Below, piece after piece: positions 1-7,216 of a stretch of DNA of 26,291 nt; the first letter of the stretch is position 1, and each line of letters starts with the position of its first letter. Source of the DNA: a virus (lineage: Duplodnaviria; Caudoviricetes); IMG/VR virus record IMGVR_UViG_3300036786_000003, positions 1-26,291 of that record; one strand, written 5' to 3'. A program made the translations under genes and the position numbers. A model generated the notes under the pieces. That model saw only the letters and a list, made by a program, of their open reading frames with translations, was not told the DNA's origin and ran no database searches.

Positions 1-1
1 C

Positions 2-934
2 CTCGGGCTCGGCAGCTCGCTCTTCTGGCCGGCGCTGTTCAAGAAGATGGACATCACCTTCTGGCTCACCTTCAACGACAAATTCGGCTCGCCCACGGCG
101 GTCGGCAAATATCCGCAGAGCGCACAGCAGCCCGAGATCGACCGCCTCTTGGACGTGCTCTCGGCGATCGCGCAGGACGCCGGCGTAACGATCCCCGAGA
201 ACATGATGATCGAGTATCTCGAAGCGACACGCGCTGGCAGCGTCGATGCTTACGAGCGCATGGCGCGCTATATGGACGAGCAGATTTCCATCACGGTCCT
301 GGGCGAGACGCTCTCGACCAATGTCGTCGGCACCGGCGCGCGCGCGGCCTCGGAGACGCATAACGATGTGCGCCTGGAGCTCACCCAAGCCGATGGCGAA
401 GCGCTCGCCGAAACCATCAACGGCAGCCTCGTCAAATGGGATGTCGAGTTCAACATGCCCGGCGCGAAGCCGCCGCTGCTGTCCTGGGAAACCGAGGCCG
501 GCGAGGATTTGAACGATCGCGTCGAGCGGGATCAGATCATCTACGGCATGGGCTTCAAACCCTCGCTGCAATACATCAACGAGACTTACGGCGGCGAATG
601 GACCGAGCGAGAGATGACCGCGCCGCCGCCCGGCGACGGCACGGGGGATGCAGAGCCCGATCCGGCTTTCGCCGAGATCATCAAGCGCGCGCTGACGCCG
701 CGCGGCGAGACGACGGCCGACAAATTCGCGGCGCGCCTCGCCAAGGAGGGCGCCGATCCGATCGAGGCAATGGTCCAGCAAGTACGGCTGCTCTTCGCCG
801 AATGCGGTTCGCTCGAGGAAGCGCGCGATCGCCTCCTCGAGATTTTTCCGAAGATGGACGCGAAGGGCTTCGCCGGCGTGATGGAGCGTGCCTTGACGGC
901 CGTCGATCTCGCCGGGCGCTACGAGGCGAAGTGA
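2..934 (+). CDS. Portal protein, Mu gp29/DUF935 family (5' partial; frame is open from the window start)
   Basis: Frame reads LGLGSSLFWPALFKKMDITFWLTFNDKFGSP...ISITVLGETLST...SETHNDVR, typical Mu gp29 motifs. Lies upstream of MuF. Confidence 0.92.
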   Translation, partial: LGLGSSLFWPALFKKMDITFWLTFNDKFGSPTAVGKYPQSAQQPEIDRLLDVLSAIAQDAGVTIPENMMIEYLEATRAGSVDAYERMARYMDEQISITVLGETLSTNVVGTGARAASETHNDVRLELTQADGEALAETINGSLVKWDVEFNMPGAKPPLLSWETEAGEDLNDRVERDQIIYGMGFKPSLQYINETYGGEWTEREMTAPPPGDGTGDAEPDPAFAEIIKRALTPRGETTADKFAARLAKEGADPIEAMVQQVRLLFAECGSLEEARDRLLEIFPKMDAKGFAGVMERALTAVDLAGRYEAK

Positions 935-935
935 G

Positions 936-1148
936 ATGCCCCGTCTCATCGAGCAAGTCGTAGAGATCGGCCACGATGCGTACGGGCGCCGCGTGACGAT
1001 GAAGCGTCGCCTCAACTACGACGGAAAGATTCTCTGGTCCATCCGTTCAAGTCCTGTCAACGTGCGCGACGAAGGCGAGAAGATGGACGGCCTCACAGAC
1101 GATAATGTCCGCGAGATGGTTCGCGCGCTCGATGTGATCAAGCGTTAG
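936..1148 (+). CDS. Hypothetical 70-aa accessory protein
   Basis: ATG 1 nt after the portal stop. Plausible protein composition. No family recognised. Confidence 0.7.
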   Translation: MPRLIEQVVEIGHDAYGRRVTMKRRLNYDGKILWSIRSSPVNVRDEGEKMDGLTDDNVREMVRALDVIKR

Positions 1149-1158
1149 GCGCGCATCC

Positions 1159-1290
1159 ATGATGGACCTCCCGGATTTGCGGCCGTTGGTTCGAGCAGCC
1201 GGCATTGTATTGGCGATCTCGCTTCCGCTCTCAGTTTGGAAACTCACGCAGATCGTGATTTTCGTGATCTCTCATCTTCACTGGCGTTAG
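1159..1290 (+). CDS. Small hydrophobic (probable membrane) protein, 43 aa; not in the ORF track
   Basis: Hand translation: MMDLPDLRPLVRAAGIVLAISLPLSVWKLTQIVIFVISHLHWR. Fills the gap exactly, with TAG 1 nt before the next ATG (1292). Confidence 0.55.
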   Translation: MMDLPDLRPLVRAAGIVLAISLPLSVWKLTQIVIFVISHLHWR

Positions 1291-1291
1291 C

Positions 1292-1543
1292 ATGGCCTGC
1301 CACACCGTCGTCGTTAACGGCTTCGCTGCCATCGTGTGCGGCGTGCGGGAGCGCCGAAAGAAATGCTCCGCGGCCGGATGCTCGCGGCATGGCGAGCTGC
1401 TTTGCGATTGGAAAATCGGCGACGGCAAAACCTGCGATAAGCCGATCTGCCCAGGGCATGCGCTCCATGTCGGCGATGACAAGGATCTGTGTCTCGACCA
1501 TCGCGAAGCCTATCGCCAATGGCTCGCGCGGCGCGGTGCGTGA
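1292..1543 (+). CDS. Cys/His-rich putative zinc-finger protein, 83 aa
   Basis: Motifs CSAAGC, LLCDW, TCDKPICPGHA and DLCLDH. This pattern is recurrent in small phage proteins. Confidence 0.8.
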   Translation: MACHTVVVNGFAAIVCGVRERRKKCSAAGCSRHGELLCDWKIGDGKTCDKPICPGHALHVGDDKDLCLDHREAYRQWLARRGA

Positions 1544-1674
1544 TGTGCGGTTGCTGCAAAGGACGCCGCAGAGTGGTCGGCGCGGATGGCGAGCTTCGCC
1601 CATGTAGCCGATGGTACGTAGCGAAGTGGAAAGCATTCCAAGCTGCGAAACCAAGGGCCGTCGCAGATGGCTGA
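1543..1674 (+). CDS. Small basic Cys-containing protein, 43 aa (MCGCCKGRRRVVGADGELRPCSRW...)
   Basis: TGATG coupling with the upstream stop. Its own stop overlaps the MuF start. It is the 3' part of track ORF 1489..1674. Confidence 0.55.
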   Translation: MCGCCKGRRRVVGADGELRPCSRWYVAKWKAFQAAKPRAVADG

Positions 1675-2908
1675 CGAGGATTACGGCCGGCTTCCCTTCA
1701 ATGAGGCGATCTCGTTCTTTCGCCAGAAGGTCAATGTTCCGTCGCCGCGCTGGACCGATCTCCTCGAAGGCGCGCATAGCCGCGCCTTCACCGTCGCCGG
1801 CGCGACCAAGGAGGGCATGCTGGTCGATTTCAGCGCGGCGATCGACAAGGCGATCGCGCAAGGAACCACGCTCGAAGAGTTCCGCAAAGACTTCGACAGC
1901 ATCGTCACGAAGTACGGTTGGGATTACAACGGCACGCGCGGATGGCGAACGCGCGTGATCTACGACACCAATCTGCGCACCGCCTATGCCGCCGGCCGCT
2001 GGCAGCAGATGACCGATCCCGACGTCGTGAAGCTGCACCCGTTCTGGCGCTATCGCCACAAGGACGGCGAGCTGCATCCGCGGCCCGAGCATCTCGCATG
2101 GGACGGCTTGACCCTCGACGTGAGCGATGCCTGGTGGCACACGCATTACCCGCCGAACGGCTGGGGTTGCCAATGCTTCGTCGAGCCGATCACGCGGCGC
2201 GAGATGGACGGGCGCTCTACCGACAAAGCGCCGCCGCTCGATATGCGCAAGGCGCGGCTGATGACATCGGCCGGCCCGATCGCCATCGACGTACCGCGCG
2301 GCGTCGATCCGGGCTGGGGCTACAGCGTCGGCGAGACCGCTTTCGGCACGAAGCTTCCCGAAGCGACGATGCAAGCCTGGCGCGAGCAAGGAAGCGCAGC
2401 CTTCGAGCGGTTGACGCCGGGCGATTGGCGCTCGGCCGGCCTCAAGCGGCAGTTACCGATCGACGATCCCGCAGCGAAGCTCGGCGCAACCGCCGGCTCG
2501 ATCGAGCAGCTCCGCGCCGCGATCGAGCGCGCGATCGGCGCCGAGCAGAAAGTCATCGAAGGACCGGACAGCGAGCCCGTGCTGGTGGATGCCGACGCGC
2601 TCTCGCAGCATCTGCCGCTCGATCGCGCGGCCTTCGTGCCGCTGCTGCCCGAGGCGATCGCCGATCCCGCCGAGATCTGGCTCGCCTTCGAGAAGCACAA
2701 GGGCACCGGCCAAGTCGTGCTGCGCAAGCGCATCCTCAAAATCATCCGAGATCCGCGCAATCGAGCCCGCGGCATGCTGCTCGTGGCGCAAGCCTCGCGT
2801 GGCGTGATGGAAGCCTGGACGCTGTTACCGACCGATCGGCTAGACTATCTCAACGCGCAGCGCGTCGGTCGCTTGATGTGGGCGCGCGATATTTCGACGG
2901 AGAGGTAG
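1667..2908 (+). CDS. gpF: MuF/gp30 minor head morphogenesis protein with C-terminal PBECR2-like nuclease-fold domain
   Basis: N-terminal MuF motifs: AFTVAG, IYDTNLRTAYAAGRWQQ, RPEHLAWDG, HYPPNGWGCQC, GVDPGWGYSVG. The C-terminal extension has H..R..F..LLPEAIADPAEIW...W..T...DYL..QR.G.L, resembling PBECR2. Confidence 0.9.
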   Translation: MADEDYGRLPFNEAISFFRQKVNVPSPRWTDLLEGAHSRAFTVAGATKEGMLVDFSAAIDKAIAQGTTLEEFRKDFDSIVTKYGWDYNGTRGWRTRVIYDTNLRTAYAAGRWQQMTDPDVVKLHPFWRYRHKDGELHPRPEHLAWDGLTLDVSDAWWHTHYPPNGWGCQCFVEPITRREMDGRSTDKAPPLDMRKARLMTSAGPIAIDVPRGVDPGWGYSVGETAFGTKLPEATMQAWREQGSAAFERLTPGDWRSAGLKRQLPIDDPAAKLGATAGSIEQLRAAIERAIGAEQKVIEGPDSEPVLVDADALSQHLPLDRAAFVPLLPEAIADPAEIWLAFEKHKGTGQVVLRKRILKIIRDPRNRARGMLLVAQASRGVMEAWTLLPTDRLDYLNAQRVGRLMWARDISTER

Positions 2909-2910
2909 GG

Positions 2911-3090
2911 ATGGTGAAACATCACCTAGAATTGACCGCTGAACAGGAGAAGCTCATCGCCGTCGTCAAGGCGGGCGGAGACGCGATCATGCTATTGCTC
3001 GATTACGCAGGTCAAAGCCGCGAAGGAGAAATCGCGAAGACGAAGATCAAGGAAGCCGTGATGTGGTCAATTAAGCATCTCACGCGGTGA
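2911..3090 (+). CDS. Acb2/Tad1-like helical-hairpin protein, 59 aa (putative cyclic-nucleotide sponge, anti-defence)
   Basis: MVKHHLELTAEQEKLIAVVKAGGDAIMLLLDYAGQSREGEIAKTKIKEAVMWSIKHLTR. Purine-rich SD (GGAGAGGTAGGG) precedes ATG 2911. SRE..IAKTKI.EAVMW resembles the Acb2/Tad1 hairpin. Hidden inside spurious track ORF 1918..3090. Confidence 0.7.
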   Translation: MVKHHLELTAEQEKLIAVVKAGGDAIMLLLDYAGQSREGEIAKTKIKEAVMWSIKHLTR

Positions 3091-3366
3091 GAGCCTTAGA
3101 GCTCGCGCGCGCCGCGCGGGTCGATTTCCTTGATGCGCATCGTCGGCGATTCCGTCGCGGCAGGCGACGACTGTCGCACGGGCGTCGATTGCTCGGCGAG
3201 TGCCGCTGTGATGCGCGCTTGACGGGTCCATTCGCGATAAAGCGCGCGATCGGCGCTGAACGTCACCGGCCTCGGCTTGCTCGGAAGTTTGTATTCGCTG
3301 AAGATCGCCGCGAATTGACGTCTCAGCAGCGGATTGAGGCGTGTCGGCGCGAAGGTTCGATATCTG

Positions 3367-3482
3367 CTATGTCTCATCTTCGCGCTGCGCTGGTGGGGAC
3401 ATCGGCGATGCAGCCGCCGTATCACCTGGCGACGGTTGACGGAGCTGCATCCCGACCGTCGCCTTCGGTGATGTGAGAATAG
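3367..3482 (+). ncRNA. Candidate structured RNA: two hairpins with complementary (kissing) loops
   Basis: Hairpin 1: CGGCG(3403-3407)/CGCCG(3415-3419), loop ATGCAGC. Hairpin 2: GGCGACGGTTG(3428-3438)/CGACCGTCGCC(3453-3463), capped by GGA/TCC, loop GCTGCA(3444-3449), which is the reverse complement of TGCAGC(3409-3414). Further pairing ATCACC/GGTGAT and TCTCA/TGAGA. Confidence 0.55.
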
Positions 3483-3484
3483 GC

Positions 3485-3997
3485 ATGGCACAGGTTTCGA
3501 TCAAGGTAACGGTAAAGGACCAAGGCGTCAGCGACGCGATCGCGCGCGTGACGGCCGTCGATCGCAACCTCATCCCGCCGCTCTTCAAGAATTGGGGCGA
3601 GTACCAGTTGAAGGCGACACGGGCGCGCTTCCTCGCGGCGCGCGGCCCGGACGGCAAGCCCTGGACGCCGCTCAATCGCGTCTATGCCGCCGGCAAGCGC
3701 GGGCCCGGCATCCTGCGCGAAAGCGGCCAGCTCATGGGCTCGCTGGTTTATCAGGTGACCGCCAACCAGCTCGCCTGGGGATCGCCCAAAGTCTATGCCG
3801 CGATCCACCAAAAGGGCGGCACGATCGTCCCGCGTTCGGCCGACGCGCTCGTCTTCCGCCTCGGCAACGAGACGGTGTTCGCCCGGAAGGTCACGATTCC
3901 GGCGCGGCCTTACCTCGGCGTCTCGGCCGAGGACCGCGAGGTCATGGGCCAGATGGCGGATGACTTTCTCGCCGCGGTTTGGACCGGCCGGCCGTAA
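3485..3997 (+). CDS. gpG: Virion morphogenesis protein (Mu gpG/gp31, P2 gpS-like)
   Basis: Motifs RF...GPDGKPWTPL, GILRESGQLMGSL, YAAIHQKGG and IPARPYLGVS. Start placed at ATG 3485; the track uses GTG 3473. Confidence 0.92.
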   Translation: MAQVSIKVTVKDQGVSDAIARVTAVDRNLIPPLFKNWGEYQLKATRARFLAARGPDGKPWTPLNRVYAAGKRGPGILRESGQLMGSLVYQVTANQLAWGSPKVYAAIHQKGGTIVPRSADALVFRLGNETVFARKVTIPARPYLGVSAEDREVMGQMADDFLAAVWTGRP

Positions 3998-4007
3998 GGG
4001 TTGCCAT

Positions 4008-4033
4008 CCGGCCGCGATTTGGTGGCCGGTTTT
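4008..4033 (+). terminator. Possible intrinsic terminator after gpG
   Basis: CCGGCCGC-gatttg-GTGGCCGG 8-bp stem (one G-U) followed by TTTT, 10 nt after the stop codon. The U-tract is short. Confidence 0.45.
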
Positions 4034-4300
4034 GCGAGTCGCCCCTAAATCTGGGTTTCGTCCAGAAATCGCCACAGAAGGGCCACGAAGCGCCGGACCC
4101 CTATCACCCTACCCCCCTGGGGGCACTTGGCGCTGTAACCCCCCATTAAACCCTTTAGAAATCGATCGTGCGGCCGAGGTCACGTCCCGGATTCCGCCCC
4201 GCTGGACTTCGCCCCCGGAAATCGGGCAGGCTCGACCCCGCCTGCCGGTCCCGAAATCGGCATCCCGGCAGGCCCTCCCGATCGCCTTGGCCGCCCGTTC

Positions 4301-4318
4301 CCCGGAAATCCTTCCGGG
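4301..4318 (+). promoter_or_regulatory. Inverted repeat CCCGGAA-N4-TTCCGGG; candidate late-activator site of the head-operon promoter
   Basis: Perfect 7-bp dyad about 87 nt upstream of the protease start. Mu has a late promoter (P-I) at the equivalent position. Confidence 0.4.
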
Positions 4319-4404
4319 TAACGCGCCGCGCCTCAAGCCGTCAGTGTCGGCCATCCTTTCGGCCGGCGATTTCGCGCCGGTCCTTTCGTGGGCTCGGGGA
4401 CGGC

Positions 4405-5517
4405 GTGACGGCAATCGAGATTTTCCGCAGCGGCAAGCACGAGGCGACGTCCGGTGAGACGATCGCCTTCTCGGCTGCCGATCTCGCGGCGATCGCCGGC
4501 GGCTACGACCCGGCGGCGCATGAAGCGCCCGTCGTCGTCGGTCACCCCAAGCTGGACGCACCGGCTTACGGCTGGATCAAGGGCCTCACGGTCGAAGGCG
4601 ATCGGCTGCTCGCCGATCCGCATCAGATCGAGCCGCAATTCGGCGAGCTGCTCAAGGCCGGCCGCTTCAAGAAAGTCTCGGCGGCGTTTTATCGCCCCGA
4701 CGATGCCGGCAATCCGAAGCCCGGCGCGTACTACCTCCGCCATGTCGGTTTTCTCGGCGCGCAGCCGCCAGCGATCAAAGGCTTGAAGCAAGCCGAGTTC
4801 GCCGCCGGCGATCGCTTCATCGAATTCGGCGAGCCCCAATTTGGTGAAGTCAGCGACAGCTTCATCGTGCGCTGCTTCCGGCGCATGCGCGAATACATCG
4901 CGAGCCGCGACGGCATGGATGCCGCCGATCGCGTGCTGCCCGCGGACGAGCTCGACCATGCGGCGCATGTCGCCGCCCAACCTGAGGACGATGACGACAT
5001 GGATACGAATTTCGCTGAGCGGCAACGCGAGCTCGACGAAAAGGAAAAGGCGCTCGCCAAGCGTGAGGGTGAGCTGAAGGCCAAGGAAGACACTGCCACC
5101 GCGCAGGCTGTCGCTTTCGCTGAGGGCGAGCGCAAGCAGCGTGTCGCCGCGTTCGGCGGCTTCATCGACGGGCTCGTCAAGGATGGCAAGATGCTGCCGG
5201 CGCTGAAGCCCGGCCTCGTTGCTTTCGCCGAGAAGCTCGGCGCCGAGCCTCTCGAATTCGCGGAAGGCGACGGCAAGACGGCGAAGATCGCGCCGCTCGA
5301 TTGGCTCAAGCAATTCCTCGGCACCGCGTCGAAGGTCATCACCTTCGGCGAGGCGGCAAAGAAGGAAGGCAGCGACGCGGTCGCGACAGATTTCGTTGCG
5401 CCGCCTGGCGCGCAAGTCGATCGCGGTCGGTTGGAGCTCCATCAGAAGGCGCTCGCCTACGCCGAGAAGAACAAGGTCGATTACATGACCGCGGTGCGCG
5501 CGGTCGAAAAAGCCTAA
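4405..5517 (+). CDS. gpI: Capsid maturation protease/scaffold (Mu gpI-like peptidase), 370 aa
   Basis: IEIFRSGKH..., YDPAAHEAPVVVGHP...PAYGW, FKKVSAAFY, YLRHVGFLGAQPPAIKGL. Start at GTG 4405 with GGGGA SD; the track's extension to 4168 looks non-coding. Confidence 0.9.
   Translation: MTAIEIFRSGKHEATSGETIAFSAADLAAIAGGYDPAAHEAPVVVGHPKLDAPAYGWIKGLTVEGDRLLADPHQIEPQFGELLKAGRFKKVSAAFYRPDDAGNPKPGAYYLRHVGFLGAQPPAIKGLKQAEFAAGDRFIEFGEPQFGEVSDSFIVRCFRRMREYIASRDGMDAADRVLPADELDHAAHVAAQPEDDDDMDTNFAERQRELDEKEKALAKREGELKAKEDTATAQAVAFAEGERKQRVAAFGGFIDGLVKDGKMLPALKPGLVAFAEKLGAEPLEFAEGDGKTAKIAPLDWLKQFLGTASKVITFGEAAKKEGSDAVATDFVAPPGAQVDRGRLELHQKALAYAEKNKVDYMTAVRAVEKA
4999..5517 (+). CDS. Putative nested in-frame scaffolding protein (Mu gpZ-like), 172 aa
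   Basis: In-frame ATG 4999 with GAGGA at 4984-4988. The product begins MDTNFAERQRELDEKEKALAKREGELK (coiled coil) and ends in a helical capsid-hook-like tail. Confidence 0.55.
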   Translation: MDTNFAERQRELDEKEKALAKREGELKAKEDTATAQAVAFAEGERKQRVAAFGGFIDGLVKDGKMLPALKPGLVAFAEKLGAEPLEFAEGDGKTAKIAPLDWLKQFLGTASKVITFGEAAKKEGSDAVATDFVAPPGAQVDRGRLELHQKALAYAEKNKVDYMTAVRAVEKA

Positions 5518-5536
5518 ACCGCAGGAGACGAATCCT

Positions 5537-5968
5537 TTGTCGCAACAGATGCGTTCAATCATGGCCCTGTCGGTTCTCGCCGGCGGCGCCATCACTACTC
5601 GCCGCTTCGTCGGCTTCGACGGCAATCAGGCCAGCGTGCAGGGCCAGAAGGTCTCGGGCGTTGCGCGCGCCGCTTCCGTCGCCGGCGGCGACTACATTCC
5701 TATCGACGTCATCGGGACTGCGATCGTAGAGGCGGGCGCAGCGCTCAATCCGGGCGACACCGTCATCAGCGACAATCAGGGCCGCGCGATCGCGACCACG
5801 GGCCCGCTCGCGATCAAGGCGGGCGCCGTGGCCGTTACGTCGAATGCGGCGAATGGCGCCGGCGATCTGCAGGGCTCCGACTTGCCGGAGTTCATTTGCG
5901 GGCGCGTCGCGCCAGGGCAGTCGTCGAGCGCTGCTGGCCAGTTCGTCGAAATCATCCTCGGGAGATAA
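5537..5968 (+). CDS. Capsid cement/decoration protein (DUF2190-like)
   Basis: RRFVGFDG, VDV/IDVIGTAIVEAGAAL..GD.V.SD.QGRA, GQFVEIIL. Lies between scaffold and capsid. AGGAGA SD precedes the TTG start. Confidence 0.85.
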   Translation: MSQQMRSIMALSVLAGGAITTRRFVGFDGNQASVQGQKVSGVARAASVAGGDYIPIDVIGTAIVEAGAALNPGDTVISDNQGRAIATTGPLAIKAGAVAVTSNAANGAGDLQGSDLPEFICGRVAPGQSSSAAGQFVEIILGR

Positions 5969-5974
5969 GCGGCT

Positions 5975-6919
5975 ATGGCCGACATCATCACTTCGCAGCT
6001 CTCGCCCTCGCAGACGAGGGTCATCGATCCGATCCTTTCCAATATCGCGCTTGGCTACAAGAACGCCCAGCTCATCGGCGAGACGCTCTTCCCGCGCGTT
6101 CCGGTGCTCGTCAGCGGCGGCCAGGTGCTGCAGTTCGGCAAGGAAGCGTTCAAGCAATACGCGACGCGCCGTGCGTGGGGCTCCGATACCGGTCGCATCA
6201 GCTTCGGCTATCAGGGTGCGAAATACGCCCTGGTCGAGGACTCGATCGAGATCCCGCTGCCGCGCGAGCTCATCCGCGATGCGCAGCAAGTGCCGGGCAT
6301 CGATGTCGCGTCGATCGCGATCAACATGGGCATGGACGTCATCTCGCTGCAGCTCGAGCGCGACCAGGCCGCGCTCGCGGTCAATGCCGCCAATTACGAC
6401 GGCAGCCACAAGATCACGCTCTCGGGCACGTCGCAATTCTCGAACGCCGCTTGCGATCCGGATCCAATCATCGATACGGCGCGCGAAGCCGTTCGCACTT
6501 CGATCGGCCGCTATCCGAACGTCATGGTGCTTTCGGCTGTCGCCTTCAAGGCGCTGCGCCGCAACGCGACGCTCAAGGCGCACTTCCAATACACGACGGC
6601 TGCTTCGATCACCGAGCAGATGATCGCGCAGTATTACAGCTTCGACAAAGTCGTGGCGGCGCCGGCGGTGACGTCGGACGATGCCGGCAATTTCTCGGAC
6701 ATCTGGGGCAACAACGCGATCATCGCCTACGTCCCGCAGCAGAACGTCTCGATGATCAATCCGAGCTACGGCTACACCTACACCATGGCCGGCCATCCGA
6801 TGGTCGAGACGCCCTACTGGGACCCGAAGGCGAAGTCCTGGGTATACGGCACCACCATGGAGCGCGCGCCGCAGCTCACCGGCATCACCGCCGGCTACCT
6901 GCTCCAGAACCCGAATTGA
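5975..6919 (+). CDS. Major capsid protein, 314 aa
   Basis: RVIDPILSNIALGYKNAQLIGETLFPRVPV, FGKEAF, PSYGYTY..GHP.VE, SWVY. Expected size and position. Confidence 0.92.
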   Translation: MADIITSQLSPSQTRVIDPILSNIALGYKNAQLIGETLFPRVPVLVSGGQVLQFGKEAFKQYATRRAWGSDTGRISFGYQGAKYALVEDSIEIPLPRELIRDAQQVPGIDVASIAINMGMDVISLQLERDQAALAVNAANYDGSHKITLSGTSQFSNAACDPDPIIDTAREAVRTSIGRYPNVMVLSAVAFKALRRNATLKAHFQYTTAASITEQMIAQYYSFDKVVAAPAVTSDDAGNFSDIWGNNAIIAYVPQQNVSMINPSYGYTYTMAGHPMVETPYWDPKAKSWVYGTTMERAPQLTGITAGYLLQNPN

Positions 6920-6925
6920 TTTGCG

Positions 6926-7002
<77 letters not shown>

Positions 7003-7024
7003 GATCGCTTAACCAGAGGAAGAC

Positions 7025-7198
7025 ATGGCAAAAGTCGAGAAGGACACGAGCCCGAAGGGCGAATACCCGGTGCTATCGCCGCTGCATCACGACGGCGAGC
7101 TCTATGACGTCGGCGACAAGGTGACGCTCACCGAACGCCAGGCGAAGGCGCTCCCGGAAGGCACCGTCGAGCTCCCGAAGGAAAAAGCCGCGAAGTAA
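7025..7198 (+). CDS. Small head-associated protein, 57 aa (Mu gp35 position); not in the ORF track
   Basis: MAKVEKDTSPKGEYPVLSPLHHDGELYDVGDKVTLTERQAKALPEGTVELPKEKAAK. AGAGGA SD. The Y.V.SPL.HDG..Y..GD.V.L...QA..L pattern is common downstream of capsid genes. Confidence 0.85.
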   Translation: MAKVEKDTSPKGEYPVLSPLHHDGELYDVGDKVTLTERQAKALPEGTVELPKEKAAK

Positions 7199-7216
7199 TC
7201 GCGCGCTTGTAACCCC

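Noticed and set aside
3096-3377. Possible 93-aa minus-strand ORF (MRHSRYRTFAPTRLNPLL...) filling the gap after the Acb2-like gene
   Set aside because: No SD and no recognisable motif, and its upstream region overlaps the structured element. It cannot be excluded but is not supported enough to call.
4168-4404. 79-codon N-terminal extension of the protease ORF in the track
   Set aside because: Arg/Pro/Ser-rich and non-homologous. Family similarity starts at GTG 4405, which has an SD.
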